A stretch of DNA of 52,857 bases, from contig JAZSET010000092.1 in the NCBI GenBank assembly GCA_045531795.1, positions 1-52,857 on the forward strand, given 5' to 3'. Origin of the DNA: Eubacteriales bacterium (GTDB taxonomy: Bacteria; Bacillota; Clostridia; Oscillospirales; CAG-272). Under the pieces are notes generated by a model, which did no database searches, was not told the origin of the DNA, and saw nothing but the letters and a program-made list of their open reading frames with translations. The position numbers and the translations under genes were made by a program. Shown in pieces: positions 18,583 to 29,921 of the stretch; the first letter of the stretch is position 1, and every line of letters starts with the position of its first letter.

Positions 18583-21265
18583 ATCCTATAAAACTATCAG
18601 CCGCTTCAAGACTTGGGAAAAGCGCAAATTCCTTTATCGTAAAGTAATCATCCTGAGTAAATGCCTCGGCATTCTTTTCGTCCCAAGCGCCAATTCGTAT
18701 ACACATATCGTTTTTGTAGGAATTCTTATCTATTGCACCTGCATAGGGCGAAAGATCCACAAGAACATATCCCTCGGAAACCATTGCAACAGAATTAATT
18801 CCCTTGTTCTCTTCCCAACCTGCGGCACTTTTTGCTGTAAGGAAGAAGTCTATACTGTCTTTAGCGATATTTGTATCAAATTTAATTACAATGTATGGGT
18901 TTTCAATCCAGTCAAGCTCAGTATTATATGCATGCATAACACCAAGTGTGCGCTTTGCAGTTGAACCGGGAATCATAAACGGAACGAGCTTTACGGCATT
19001 GTCTGATTCAACTGTTGCCCTGATCAGAGAGGAATCAAGCATTTTCTTAAGTGCTTCGCCGTTTACGGACAACGCCTCATACTTGGTAAAATCGCCCTTT
19101 GCCCTGCCAAGGTATGTTACAAATCGCTTTATCATTGTAGCAACCTCTGTTCTTGTCGCACTGTTTTTCGGCTTGATTGTATTGTCCGAATATCCACCGA
19201 TAATACCGTTTATTGTACAGAACTTGACGCCATCAAGGTAATCCGGACTTATATCTTTTGAGTCTGCAAAATCAGTAGCGCCCTCAAGAGAGCCGCCCTT
19301 ATAAAGCATTACGGCGTATCTGTAAAGCATATCCGCAAGTTCTTCTCTTGTTGCATTATCATCAGGTCTGAACTTGCCGCCTGCTTTTACAATACCGTTC
19401 TTTTCTGCCCAGGCAACACCATTTGCATACCAGGCATTTTCACTAACGTCAGTAAATGTGCAACTATCTTTTCCTGCATCTCCCGCAAGACGCGAAAGTA
19501 CCGTTACAAGCATAGCACGGGTCATTTTGCCGTTTGGTGAAAATTCAGTGGGTGTTGTGCCGTTAAAGAGTCCCTTTAGCACTGCAAAATCTATTGCATC
19601 CCTACCCCAGAAGTTATCATCAATATCCTCAAAAATATTAACTCCGTTAGTGGGGATACATAATTCATACATATTACCAAGCGGCATAGGCTTTGTTATG
19701 TAGAACTTGGTGTTCTTTTCATGACCTGCTTTTGCCACCCTTTTAATGTTCTCTTCATTATATTCGCCCGCAACCGGTGTAGGTCTGTATGTGTCGCCAA
19801 GCTGTTTACCCTCTTCCATAATATAAACATTGTCATGAGGGTTGAATTTTTGCGGTGAAGTTGCCGCAAAGGAGTGGGAAGAGGATCCTGAAAACATATA
19901 GACATTGTTCATTATATCATTATTTTTGCAAATCATATTAACATTGGCTGCGCCATAGAAGAAGCCACCTGCACCTATCCAACCTGAGCCGTTTTTGTTA
20001 GTTCTCGAATTGTTGCTGGGTCTCTGATGCGACCAGCCATAGCCAATATAACGGTCATAGTTATCATAAACCTTCATATCGGTTATATAACCGCCGTCTG
20101 CAACCCATACCTCTGTGCCTGTGTTTGCAAACTCTGCAACATTATTGTATATCTGCAAATTATTAAATGTCGACTTTCCACCTGACTGAGCTGTCCAGCA
20201 GCAGTCGTAAACCTGACTTGCATAATTGTGTCGGATTGTAAAGTTTTCGGAGGAACCATAGGATTCAATCGCGTTTCCGTAGCGGGTAGCGCCATTTGTT
20301 TCATGAACACCCTGGATAGATCCTCCAATCCATGTTAATACGCAGTTCTGTACAGTAAGATTCTTTATTGTGCCTGCACCGATACCGTGTGAACCTGTAC
20401 CGAACACCTCGATATTATCTATAACCGCATTGCTTCCTGCTGCAATACCATGACCTGCATCGGCAAGCTCAATGGATGTGAATACTTCTCCCGGGTTGCC
20501 GTCTTTTGAGTAAAGGAACAATTCGCCTGTTTCAAGATCGTGGTAAAATTCAAGGTTACCCTTTAAATCCTTTCCGCCCTCAAAGGGTCCGTAAGGAATC
20601 GTGTATTCTTCAAGTCCGTTGAATACAGTACCATTATCTATACGGGTAGTTACACTTTTGTTCCCCTTGGGAAGAGGAGAAACGTGTATACCCCATGCTC
20701 TGCCGCCATCAAAAATGATAGCACCGATATTTGTGGAAAGTCCGCCAACATTCCGCTTACATTTGTAGATGTTTTCCCATTCGGTCGCTTCCCATTTTTC
20801 AGCACCGGAGGCATCTACTGAACAAATAAGCTTAGGCTTTGCCCCACTTCCGTAAGCTGAAAGTGTAAATCCAGAAACCCTTAAGGGAGAACTGATTCTC
20901 CAGCTGTCGCCACGCTTCAAAAACACACCGACATTTTCAGCTTCTTTGAATTTTTCATAATTTTCGTTTATTTTGTTTATTGTCTTCCAGGCAGTTTCGG
21001 GAGTAAGACCGTCATTTTTATCGTCACCTGTTGACGAAGAAACATAGTACTTTGTGCCTGTTACTTCTACTTCTGTCGGCGAGTTTTTGATTTCTTCGAT
21101 AAGAGCATCAATTTCTGCATTGTACTTGTTAATAAGCTTAATACTCGCTTCTTCGAAGAAATATTCGTCAGCATCCCCGCTTTCGGCACATACGCTCACA
21201 GGAGCAAAAAGTGAAAGCGGTAAAATTGTTACTGCCACGAGCAGTATTGCAATAAATTTTTTCAT
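18581..21265 (-). CDS. Secreted right-handed beta-helix (pectin-lyase-fold) protein with three SLH domains
   Basis: Signal peptide; YYVS..GDD.NDG.TP.TAWK N-cap; SLH motifs MTRAMLV, ATREELA, ATRTEVA. Confidence 0.75.
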   Translation of the reverse strand: MKKFIAILLVAVTILPLSLFAPVSVCAESGDADEYFFEEASIKLINKYNAEIDALIEEIKNSPTEVEVTGTKYYVSSSTGDDKNDGLTPETAWKTINKINENYEKFKEAENVGVFLKRGDSWRISSPLRVSGFTLSAYGSGAKPKLICSVDASGAEKWEATEWENIYKCKRNVGGLSTNIGAIIFDGGRAWGIHVSPLPKGNKSVTTRIDNGTVFNGLEEYTIPYGPFEGGKDLKGNLEFYHDLETGELFLYSKDGNPGEVFTSIELADAGHGIAAGSNAVIDNIEVFGTGSHGIGAGTIKNLTVQNCVLTWIGGSIQGVHETNGATRYGNAIESYGSSENFTIRHNYASQVYDCCWTAQSGGKSTFNNLQIYNNVAEFANTGTEVWVADGGYITDMKVYDNYDRYIGYGWSHQRPSNNSRTNKNGSGWIGAGGFFYGAANVNMICKNNDIMNNVYMFSGSSSHSFAATSPQKFNPHDNVYIMEEGKQLGDTYRPTPVAGEYNEENIKRVAKAGHEKNTKFYITKPMPLGNMYELCIPTNGVNIFEDIDDNFWGRDAIDFAVLKGLFNGTTPTEFSPNGKMTRAMLVTVLSRLAGDAGKDSCTFTDVSENAWYANGVAWAEKNGIVKAGGKFRPDDNATREELADMLYRYAVMLYKGGSLEGATDFADSKDISPDYLDGVKFCTINGIIGGYSDNTIKPKNSATRTEVATMIKRFVTYLGRAKGDFTKYEALSVNGEALKKMLDSSLIRATVESDNAVKLVPFMIPGSTAKRTLGVMHAYNTELDWIENPYIVIKFDTNIAKDSIDFFLTAKSAAGWEENKGINSVAMVSEGYVLVDLSPYAGAIDKNSYKNDMCIRIGAWDEKNAEAFTQDDYFTIKEFALFPSLEAADSFIG

Positions 21266-21287
21266 TTTCTTTTCCTCTCTTTTCTTA

Positions 21288-22874
21288 TTATTTGTTTTTG
21301 GGAAGACATAATTTGTACATATCCCCTAAGGGGTTTGGTTTAATATGATAAAATACTGTTCCGTTTTCAGCGCCGGACTCAAGTCCCTTGGCGATGTTTT
21401 CTTCATTATATTCTCCTCTGAACGGAGAAAGAGGATAACTGCCGGCACGTTTGCCGTCCTCCATTATGTAAACATTATCATGAAAATTAAACTTATCAGG
21501 TATTGCTGCGGGAACATTATTTGATATGCTTCCAGCAAACATATATACATTATTCATAACATCATTGTTTTCGCAGTTCATTTCATTGTTTGTCGCAGCG
21601 TAGAAAAAACCACCGGCGCCAATCCAGCCTGCACCATTTTTATTTCTTACTGAATCTCCGCTCGGTCTCTGATGAGACCAGCCATATCCGATATAACGGT
21701 CGAAGTTATCATAAACCTTGAGCCCCGTGACATAGCCTCCGTCTTTGACCCAGATTTCTGTACCTGTATTTGAAAACTCAGCTACATTATGATGACTTTG
21801 TACATTGTCAAACCTTACTGCACCGCCGCACTGAGCAGTCCAACAACAGTCATAAACGCCCCAGGCATAGTTGTGATGCATAATGAAGTTCTGACTATAT
21901 CCGTATGACTCTATTGCATTACCGAAACGTATGTAAGCTCCATTAGCACCCGTATTTTTGCCCTGAACAGAGCCGCCAATCCATCTGAAAGTACAGTACT
22001 GGACAGTAATATCTTCAAAATTACCGCCACCGATGCCGTGTGATCCTGTGCCAAATATTTCGATATTATCAATAATAATGTTTTTTGCACAATGGTAAAT
22101 CATATCTCTCGGCGTCTTAGTGTCAGATACAAGCTGTATGCCGTGACCATAGTCAACAAGCTCAATTGACTTAAATACCTCGCCGGGATTACCACCTTTG
22201 CACATAAGGAACAGTTCCTCGCTCGCCATATCGTGATAAAATTCAAGATTACCCTTTAGGTCTTTATATCCCGAAAAAGGTCCATAGGGAGTAGTATATG
22301 TTTCCAGTCCGTTGAATACAGTTCCATTGTCAAGTCTGTATTCTTCACCTGCTTTGTATTTTTCGCGATTTTCATCAATTGAAAGTTTCGAAACATGGAT
22401 ACCCCAGGCTCTGCCACCGTCAAAAATTATTGTGCCTACATTGTGAGCAAATCCTCCAATAATGCCGGTGTATCTGTATACATCCTTTACATCTGTTTCG
22501 GCCCAAGACTCAGCGCCCGACGCATCAACAGAGCAGATAAGTTTTGGTTTTTTGCCCTCACCGTATGCTGAAATCCTCATTCCGCTTCTTGCTTTAACAG
22601 GTACAACAATTCTCCACTCATCTCCTCTTTTGAGATATACTCCGTCACCAGAATTGAAATTGAAGGCATTAACCTTATCCATACTCTTCCAGGGGGTTTC
22701 GGGAGATAATCCGTCATTTTTATCATCACCCATTGACGAGGAGACATAGTACCTTGCGCCCTCAACCTCAAGTCCTTTGGGATAATTTTCGATTTCGTCA
22801 ATTCGTGCATCTATTTCCTTGTTGTATTTTTCAATCAATGAAATGTCTGCTTCTCTGTAAAAATTTTTTTGCAT
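21288..22874 (-). CDS. Beta-helix protein paralog without signal peptide or anchor
   Basis: Shares GRAWGIHVS, LKGNLEFYHD, GNAIESYG, VYDCCWTAQ, SHQRPS, WIGAGGFFY with 18581-21265. Confidence 0.75.
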   Translation of the reverse strand: MQKNFYREADISLIEKYNKEIDARIDEIENYPKGLEVEGARYYVSSSMGDDKNDGLSPETPWKSMDKVNAFNFNSGDGVYLKRGDEWRIVVPVKARSGMRISAYGEGKKPKLICSVDASGAESWAETDVKDVYRYTGIIGGFAHNVGTIIFDGGRAWGIHVSKLSIDENREKYKAGEEYRLDNGTVFNGLETYTTPYGPFSGYKDLKGNLEFYHDMASEELFLMCKGGNPGEVFKSIELVDYGHGIQLVSDTKTPRDMIYHCAKNIIIDNIEIFGTGSHGIGGGNFEDITVQYCTFRWIGGSVQGKNTGANGAYIRFGNAIESYGYSQNFIMHHNYAWGVYDCCWTAQCGGAVRFDNVQSHHNVAEFSNTGTEIWVKDGGYVTGLKVYDNFDRYIGYGWSHQRPSGDSVRNKNGAGWIGAGGFFYAATNNEMNCENNDVMNNVYMFAGSISNNVPAAIPDKFNFHDNVYIMEDGKRAGSYPLSPFRGEYNEENIAKGLESGAENGTVFYHIKPNPLGDMYKLCLPKNK

Positions 22875-23113
22875 GACAATTCTCCTTAAATCAAGATGAA
22901 AAAACAGGCTTTATAAGCCTCCTACATATTAATTGTATCACCATGTGTAAAATATTACTATAATTAATTTGTCCGAAAATGCAAGAAAATTGTCATACGC
23001 AAGTTTTACATAATGTCAAAACATCCTCGAGATTATCATAAAACAAGGGGAACTCAAGACTTTGAGCTGATAATTAATAGAAAACAAAATTTTAATATTT
23101 TAATATTATTATC

Positions 23114-23145
23114 AAAAAGCTCCCGGCGTAATGTCGGGAGCTTTT
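23114..23145 (-). terminator. Intrinsic terminator
   Basis: AAAAGCTCCCG/CGGGAGCTTTT after the SLH-SGNH gene. Confidence 0.7.
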
Positions 23146-23156
23146 AGGTCATACCA

Positions 23157-25466
23157 TTACTTGATTCCTTCTACAAAGAATCCGCTTATTCTGTGAGTTT
23201 CATTCAGGTTAGCCCCTGTCTCCGTCGGGCCCTTGATTGAAATGGTTATTGTATGCTTGCCGGGAGTAAGTCCGTGAACAAGCCTGAATGGTATCTGATC
23301 AAAGGTAAGAACCTTTTTCATTTCTCCGTCATCAATGGAGTAGAAGATATATATTCCCTTTGAAACGGTAATATCAATACCTGTACCCGTGAATGAGAAT
23401 GAGAACTCATTGTCAGGAGCAGTTGCATAAAGTGATCCCCTAATTGCGCTATTCTGTGAAGTTGATGTAGGATCTACTTTGATATTTTCATAGCTGTCTA
23501 AAATGTCAAGGCTTTTAATCTGAACGAGCTCAGGCTTTATAGCAGCATTTCTTTCATCCGCATAAGTTTCAGGGAGAGAATGTGCTTTGGTTTCCCCGTA
23601 TGTATATGTGGGAGCGCCAAGGAGATATTCCCGTAAGTACTCGGTAATTGTATCGGCATATACCTTATATCCTGCATCAGCAGGGTGAACACTATCCGAA
23701 ACATACTTTGACCAGTTATCCACAATACCGCCCTCAAGTTCCTGAAGTGTTCTTGTAAGTGCGCCACCTACATTTATGGAAGTTACACCATACTTTTCGC
23801 AAACAATATCCTGTGCTGCGGCTGCTGTACAAAGCTCATTTGCCGCAACTTTTCGTGCACTTTCATTGTCAGTTGTAAATATTGAAATAATATCGCACTC
23901 AGGGAGCTTTTCTCTTATCTGACGGATTACCTGCTCGTAGTAGAGTGTGGTGTCTCCATGAGCTTGAGTCTGGCAGTAGTAGTCATTTACAACAAACTCA
24001 ACAAATACAAGGTCGGACTTAGGGTCTATAAGATCAATCTGCGCTCTGAATGCGCCGTAATGAGAACCTGTTCCACCAGGCGCTCTGTTGTTCTGAATGA
24101 GAGCTGCCTTAGGGAAGTTTTCCTTCAGCCAGTTAAAAGTAAGTCCACGCCATGAGTTGTTACGATTTGATGCACCGTGTCCGTCGGTAACAGAACCGCC
24201 AAAATAAGAAATTACAGTTCTTTCACCTGAATTTAATTTATTGTAGAGGTTGTTAAGGTTTCCCCTGACCTTTATGAAATCTTTGTATTCTCCACTCGTA
24301 CCCATTGTTCCGGCTCCTATTATTGCATTACGCATAAATCTCTGTATCATTGTGGCAACTTCAGCTCTTGTTGCTTCCATCATGGGAGCAAGAGCTACTT
24401 TACTGCCCGCAGCTTTACCTGTTACTATACCGTTGTCCGTGCAGTAGAATGCTGCTTTAACAAGCTTTTCATCTGTTACACGACCGGCATCAACAAATCC
24501 TGCGAGATTTGTTTCTGTAATCTCTTCTGTAATACCGAGCTTAAGAGCGAATCTGTAAAGCATATCCATAAGCTCTATTCTTTTAACATTATCGTTAGGT
24601 CTGAAGCTGTCACCGCCGTCAACAATGTTGTTTTCAAAAGCCCAGTTAACGCCCTTTGCAAACCAGGCCGTTTTGTCCGTGTCTGTATATGTATACGTGA
24701 TGTTATCAGAATTGTAGCCATCAATTCGGGAAAGGACGGTTACAACCATTGCACGAGTCATCTTTGCATCGGGCGAGAATATTCCTGCACCTGTGCCATT
24801 AAAAAATCCCTTGCTTGTTACATAGTCTACTGCCGCTTTTCCCCAGAAATTATCTGCAACGTCTGTGAATTCTGGAGCCGTAGTTGTTTCAAACTTTGCA
24901 TCAATGTCTCCCTTTACAGTAAAGCCCCAATTTGCACCGTCAACATATGATAACGCAAGAGGACTACCGCCGGCAGATACGGAATTGTAGTCGGAAGAAT
25001 CCGGAACACCAAATGCTGAGGCGCCGTTTTCGAGTGTAATGGGTGCGTTGTCACCAAGATATGTTATCTTAATACCGTCACTTGAGTCAAGCGAAAAAGC
25101 AAATTCTTGTTTGATTTTTCCGGCAAGCTCCTTTATTGATGCTTTAGCGAAAATCAGTGTTGCCTTTGGCGTAATAACCTTGATCTTCATACCTGCTTTT
25201 GCCATATCGGCAAGTGCAGTTGCCGATATTTTAAATGATGCCATATTATTATTTGTAGCAACAACTGCAAGAGTATCAACTCCGTTATCTTTTGCAAGTT
25301 TTGCCACATTGTGACTTGCCGTTACAGATGCACCGGACTGTACTACAACAAGGCCTGCGTTTCCGTCAAATTCGGGGGTCTGGCTTATAGCGCCAACCTG
25401 CGAAAATGCAGCGAATAATGAAACCATCATCGTTATAACGAGAAGTATTGATGTAACCTTTTTCAT
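23157..25466 (-). CDS. Secreted SLH-domain protein with SGNH/GDSL hydrolase domain
   Basis: Signal peptide, three SLH repeats, then FGGSVT (block I), G (II), EFVVND (III), DSVHP (V). Confidence 0.8.
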   Translation of the reverse strand: MKKVTSILLVITMMVSLFAAFSQVGAISQTPEFDGNAGLVVVQSGASVTASHNVAKLAKDNGVDTLAVVATNNNMASFKISATALADMAKAGMKIKVITPKATLIFAKASIKELAGKIKQEFAFSLDSSDGIKITYLGDNAPITLENGASAFGVPDSSDYNSVSAGGSPLALSYVDGANWGFTVKGDIDAKFETTTAPEFTDVADNFWGKAAVDYVTSKGFFNGTGAGIFSPDAKMTRAMVVTVLSRIDGYNSDNITYTYTDTDKTAWFAKGVNWAFENNIVDGGDSFRPNDNVKRIELMDMLYRFALKLGITEEITETNLAGFVDAGRVTDEKLVKAAFYCTDNGIVTGKAAGSKVALAPMMEATRAEVATMIQRFMRNAIIGAGTMGTSGEYKDFIKVRGNLNNLYNKLNSGERTVISYFGGSVTDGHGASNRNNSWRGLTFNWLKENFPKAALIQNNRAPGGTGSHYGAFRAQIDLIDPKSDLVFVEFVVNDYYCQTQAHGDTTLYYEQVIRQIREKLPECDIISIFTTDNESARKVAANELCTAAAAQDIVCEKYGVTSINVGGALTRTLQELEGGIVDNWSKYVSDSVHPADAGYKVYADTITEYLREYLLGAPTYTYGETKAHSLPETYADERNAAIKPELVQIKSLDILDSYENIKVDPTSTSQNSAIRGSLYATAPDNEFSFSFTGTGIDITVSKGIYIFYSIDDGEMKKVLTFDQIPFRLVHGLTPGKHTITISIKGPTETGANLNETHRISGFFVEGIK

Positions 25467-25642
25467 TTTATAATCCTCCTTTAACTTCGAATAAGGTGTA
25501 CCGTTTATATTATACCATAATTTGAATTAATTTCAAGACATTTTTGACTGTAAATATCAACAAAATTAAAAATCATTTTTTGTATGATATTACAAAAAAA
25601 ACATCCTTGATTTGTGCCAAAGCGCAAATCAAGGATAATATT

Positions 25643-26500
25643 TCAATTATTTGCAATGATGTCTCTGAGATAATCAGCGGCTGTATTTATGTCCCTTGTA
25701 GGATTATCCCCAACCTCGCGCTCAATGGTCAAAAATCCCTTGTAGCCGATTTCTTCAAGTGCCTTGAGGTATGCCTTAAAATCAACTCCGCCCGTTCCGA
25801 GAGGCACCTCTTCAAAGAACTTCATAGCAGCTATTTCAGGCGGTACGGGATGCACTATCTGATATATGTACTCGGGATTTGATTCCTTGAGCTTGAGTCC
25901 GTCTTTTGCGTGGGTATGTACTATATAGTCCTTGAGATTGTGTACTGCCCGAACAGGATCATCGCCTGTTACCATAACAAGGTTTGCAGGGTCAAGGTTT
26001 ACCGCTACTCCGCGTGAACCGAGTGAATCGAGGAAGCTCTTGAGTGTTGCTGATTTTTCAGGACCTGTTTCGATAGCGAAATGAGCTTTTACGCTATCTG
26101 CATATTCAGCAAGCTTTTTGCACGCCTCCTGCATTACCTTATAGCGCTCGTGATTCTTGTCAGACGGAACAACGCCGATGTGAGTTGTTACAACATTTGT
26201 TTCAAGTTCAAGAGCAAGGTCAACTATTCTCTTTGACTTTTCTATAAGTTCAGGGTTCTTTTCTGCATTACCGAAGCCACAACCAAGGTCGCCGCAGATT
26301 GCAGAAAAGCAAAGTCCTGAAGATTTTACCATATCAAGAATTTCGCGTCTTTTTGCAGTATTCATATTTTCGGGTGCATGCTCACCGGTTGTAGCATACA
26401 TCTGAATGCCCTTTGCACCGCACTTGACTGCTTCCTTGAGCGCTTGTTCAAATGGCAGATTGAACGAATCAACAATAACGCCTATTGGAAAGTTATACAT
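25643..26500 (-). CDS. Sugar phosphate isomerase/epimerase (TIM barrel)
   Basis: AIETGPE, NLDPAN, HTHAKD, TIERE motifs. Confidence 0.85.
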   Translation of the reverse strand: MYNFPIGVIVDSFNLPFEQALKEAVKCGAKGIQMYATTGEHAPENMNTAKRREILDMVKSSGLCFSAICGDLGCGFGNAEKNPELIEKSKRIVDLALELETNVVTTHIGVVPSDKNHERYKVMQEACKKLAEYADSVKAHFAIETGPEKSATLKSFLDSLGSRGVAVNLDPANLVMVTGDDPVRAVHNLKDYIVHTHAKDGLKLKESNPEYIYQIVHPVPPEIAAMKFFEEVPLGTGGVDFKAYLKALEEIGYKGFLTIEREVGDNPTRDINTAADYLRDIIANN

Positions 26501-26710
26501 AAAATTACCCCCTCTTGTATAGTTGTATTTACAAATCGATTATATCATATTCTCCAAAAAAAGTAAAGCAAGAATTGGGAAAATATTGCTGAGTTTTGGT
26601 ATTATATTGCTCTCTTTTGCATAAATCTCCGAAAAGCATATTGCACCTATTGCAAAATACTCGTTTTTGGAGTATAATTATTCAGTAGTTATTTTAACAG
26701 GAGAGATTTT

Positions 26711-27244
26711 ATGACAGTAGAAACCAACAGACCCGAAAACACTTCGGAAAGACTGCCGAAAGAAGTCAGAGTATATGACTTTCTAGACTCACTCAGCATT
26801 GAATATACAAGAGTCGACCACGAGGCGGCAATGACAATGGAAGCGTGCATAGAAATTGATACGGCTCTTGGCAGTAAAATGTGCAAAAATCTATTTCTTT
26901 GCAACAGACAGGAAACAGACTTCTATTTATTGATGATGCCCGGAGAAAAGCCATTTAAAACAAAGGATTTGTCTGCGCAGATAAACAGTGCAAGGCTCTC
27001 CTTTGCAAGTGGCGAATATATGGAAAAATTTCTTGACATCACTCCCGGTTCACTGAGCGTACTCGGGCTTATGAATGACAAGGAAAACAGAGTTCGTTTG
27101 CTTATAGACAAGGAGATCCTTGAAAGCGAATATATCGGGTGTCACCCTTGCACAAACACATCAAGTCTCAGTATTAAAACGCGTGATTTGATTGAGAAAA
27201 TAATTCCTGCGACAAATCACAGCATAACAACGGTGGAATTATGA
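26711..27244 (+). CDS. Prolyl-tRNA trans-editing protein (ProX/PrdX, YbaK superfamily)
   Basis: KNLFL, RLSFAS, PGSLSVLGL, HPCTNT motifs. Confidence 0.85.
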   Translation: MTVETNRPENTSERLPKEVRVYDFLDSLSIEYTRVDHEAAMTMEACIEIDTALGSKMCKNLFLCNRQETDFYLLMMPGEKPFKTKDLSAQINSARLSFASGEYMEKFLDITPGSLSVLGLMNDKENRVRLLIDKEILESEYIGCHPCTNTSSLSIKTRDLIEKIIPATNHSITTVEL

Positions 27245-27930
27245 AAGTAATTGCGCATATCTACAATGGGTTTGAAACAAGCTTCGGTGTACCCCGGCAG
27301 GGCGGCATTGCAAACGGAATTTTGTCGGAAATTGTATTTGAAAAAGAGTTCAGGGTGCGCGAGGCCTTTCGCGGACTTGAGGATTTTTCCCATATCTGGG
27401 TGCTTTGGGAGTTTTCAGACTCAAAATGCGACAAATTTTCGCCTACAGTGAGACCTCCAAGGCTTGGCGGTAACAAGCGTATAGGAGTTTTTGCAACCCG
27501 CTCCCCTTACAGACCGAACCCCATCGGGCTTTCTGCATTGGAACTTGAAAAAATCGTATACGATGATGTACGCGGGCCTGTACTTGTTGTAAAAGGTGCA
27601 GATATGAAAAACGGCACGCCCATTTACGATATAAAGCCGTATATAAAAGAATTTGACAGCATAGAAGCTTCAAAGTCAGGCTTTGTTTGTGACACATATT
27701 CTCACAGTGTCGATGTAACTGTACCTGATGATATTGAAGAAAACTTCGACAAAGACCTTTTATTACAGATAAAATCCATTCTTGCTCACGATGTAAGGCC
27801 CTCATATCAGAAAGACGGCAAAGAGTACGGCCTTGTGTTTTCGGGATACGAGATAAAATTTGTTTATGACTATGATAAAATAGCCGTTATATCAATAGAA
27901 AAAGCACAAAATAGTAAAAATCAACATTAA
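27241..27930 (+). CDS. trmO: tRNA m6t6A37 methyltransferase TrmO (TsaA/YaeB)
   Basis: FGVPRQ, TVRPPRLGG, GVFATRSPYRPNPIG, GTPIYDIKPY. Confidence 0.9.
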   Translation: MKVIAHIYNGFETSFGVPRQGGIANGILSEIVFEKEFRVREAFRGLEDFSHIWVLWEFSDSKCDKFSPTVRPPRLGGNKRIGVFATRSPYRPNPIGLSALELEKIVYDDVRGPVLVVKGADMKNGTPIYDIKPYIKEFDSIEASKSGFVCDTYSHSVDVTVPDDIEENFDKDLLLQIKSILAHDVRPSYQKDGKEYGLVFSGYEIKFVYDYDKIAVISIEKAQNSKNQH

Positions 27931-28039
27931 AAAAAGGATATATTTGTAAAAATATGTGCTTATAACTATATACAAACGGCAAAAAATATGTTAAAATATA
28001 TTGTTAGATTTAGATAAGTCTGTGTCAAGGAGAAAAATT

Positions 28040-29872
28040 TTGATTAGAGAAGATTTAAGAAATATCGCAATAATTGCCCATGTTGACCACGGCAAAACCA
28101 CTCTCGTTGATGAAATGCTCAAGCAGGGCGGTATCTACCGTGAAAACCAGGCAACCGAAGACAGAGTAATGGACTCAAACGACCTTGAGCGTGAGCGCGG
28201 TATCACAATACTTGCAAAAAATACGGCAGTTCACTACAAGGATAAAAAGATAAATATTATAGACACTCCCGGTCACGCCGATTTTGGGGGAGAGGTTGAG
28301 CGTATTCTCAAAATGGTAAACGGAGTCCTGCTTCTGGTTGATGCAGCAGAGGGTCCTATGCCCCAGACTCGCTTCGTTCTTCAGAAAGCACTCGAACTCA
28401 ACCACAGAGTTATCGTTGTAATAAACAAGGTGGACAAGCCTGATGCAAGACTTGACGAAGTGCAGGACGAAGTTCTCGAGCTTCTCATAAGCCTTGATGC
28501 AAACGACGATCAGCTTGACAGCCCTATGGTATTCTGCTCAGGCAGGGCAGGTACTGCATCAATGACTCCGGACAAGCAGGACGATGACCTCAAATGCCTG
28601 TTTGACCTAATCCTCGATTATATTCCCGCACCCGAGGGCGATGAAAACGGAGCTTTGCAGCTTCTGGTTTCCGCCATCGACTACAATGACTATGTTGGAC
28701 GAATCGGTATCGGCCGTGTTGAGCGCGGTGTTGTGAAAACAGGAAGCGAAGTTGCTGTTTCAAACTTCCATAAACCCGGAGAGGTAAAAAAAGCAAAAAT
28801 CGTTGCTCTTTATCAGATTGACGGTCTTAAACGTGTTCCCGTAACAGAAGCCCGGGTTGGCGATATCGTCTGCTTCTCGGGTGCCGAGGACATAAACATC
28901 GGTGACACAATCACATCTCCCGCCTGCGTTGAGCCACTTGAATTTGTAAAGGTAAGCGAACCTACGATGGAAATGACCTTTATGGTTCACGACAGCCCCT
29001 TTGCAGGACAGGAGGGCAAATTCGTAACCTCCCGTCAATTAAGAGAGCGTCTTTACAAGGAGCTTTTAAAGGATGTATCCTTAAGAGTCACAGACGGAGA
29101 AACAACAGACTCATTTATGGTAGCAGGCAGAGGCGAAATGCACTTGTCTATTCTGCTTGAAAATATGCGTCGTGAGGGATATGAGCTTGCATGCAGCAAT
29201 CCCCGCGTGCTTTACAAGGAAATTGACGGCGTAAAATGCGAGCCTATGGAAAGGGTTACAATTGATGTGCCAGATGGTTCACAGGGTGCGGTTATTGAAA
29301 AACTCGGTTCCCGCAAGGGCGACCTTATTGAAATGACTATGCACGGCGACCGCTGGAGAATAGAATACACCATTCCCGCCCGTTGTCTGTTCGGCTACAG
29401 AAGCGAATTTCTGACTGACACAAAGGGCGAGGGAATCCTCAATTCGGTATTTGACGGATATCAGCCCTGCAAAGGTGATATAACGCTCCGTTATACAGGC
29501 TCACTCGTTGCAAGTGAAAACGGCGAAGCAACCTCATACGGTCTTTACAACACTCAGGACCGTGGACAGATGTTCATCGGTGTCCAGACACTCGTTTATG
29601 AGGGAATGGTAGTAGGTGAGTCTCCCAAAATCGGAGATATTTCAGTAAATGTATGCAAGAAAAAACATTTGACAGCCATTCGTTCTGCAGGTGCAGATGA
29701 AGCACTCAGACTTGTAACACCTAAGATAATGAGTCTTGAAGAAGCAATAGAATTTATAGCAGATGACGAGCTTATTGAAATCACGCCCAAGAGCATCAGA
29801 GTAAGAAAACGCATACTTGACACAGCAAACAGATTAAAGGCTCAGAGCCGTCTTAAGAAAGCTCAGGAATAA
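28040..29872 (+). CDS. typA: Translational GTPase TypA/BipA; TTG start at 28040
   Basis: [48 protein letters not shown]; AAGGAG RBS. Confidence 0.96.
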   Translation: MIREDLRNIAIIAHVDHGKTTLVDEMLKQGGIYRENQATEDRVMDSNDLERERGITILAKNTAVHYKDKKINIIDTPGHADFGGEVERILKMVNGVLLLVDAAEGPMPQTRFVLQKALELNHRVIVVINKVDKPDARLDEVQDEVLELLISLDANDDQLDSPMVFCSGRAGTASMTPDKQDDDLKCLFDLILDYIPAPEGDENGALQLLVSAIDYNDYVGRIGIGRVERGVVKTGSEVAVSNFHKPGEVKKAKIVALYQIDGLKRVPVTEARVGDIVCFSGAEDINIGDTITSPACVEPLEFVKVSEPTMEMTFMVHDSPFAGQEGKFVTSRQLRERLYKELLKDVSLRVTDGETTDSFMVAGRGEMHLSILLENMRREGYELACSNPRVLYKEIDGVKCEPMERVTIDVPDGSQGAVIEKLGSRKGDLIEMTMHGDRWRIEYTIPARCLFGYRSEFLTDTKGEGILNSVFDGYQPCKGDITLRYTGSLVASENGEATSYGLYNTQDRGQMFIGVQTLVYEGMVVGESPKIGDISVNVCKKKHLTAIRSAGADEALRLVTPKIMSLEEAIEFIADDELIEITPKSIRVRKRILDTANRLKAQSRLKKAQE

Positions 29873-29921
29873 CCACTTTAAAATAGATTAGCAGTATTGA
29901 AAGGAGTGTCCCGCACGGGAC

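Noticed and set aside
29873-29921. T-box leader for lysS
   Set aside because: The intergenic gap is under 50 bp with no T-box motif.
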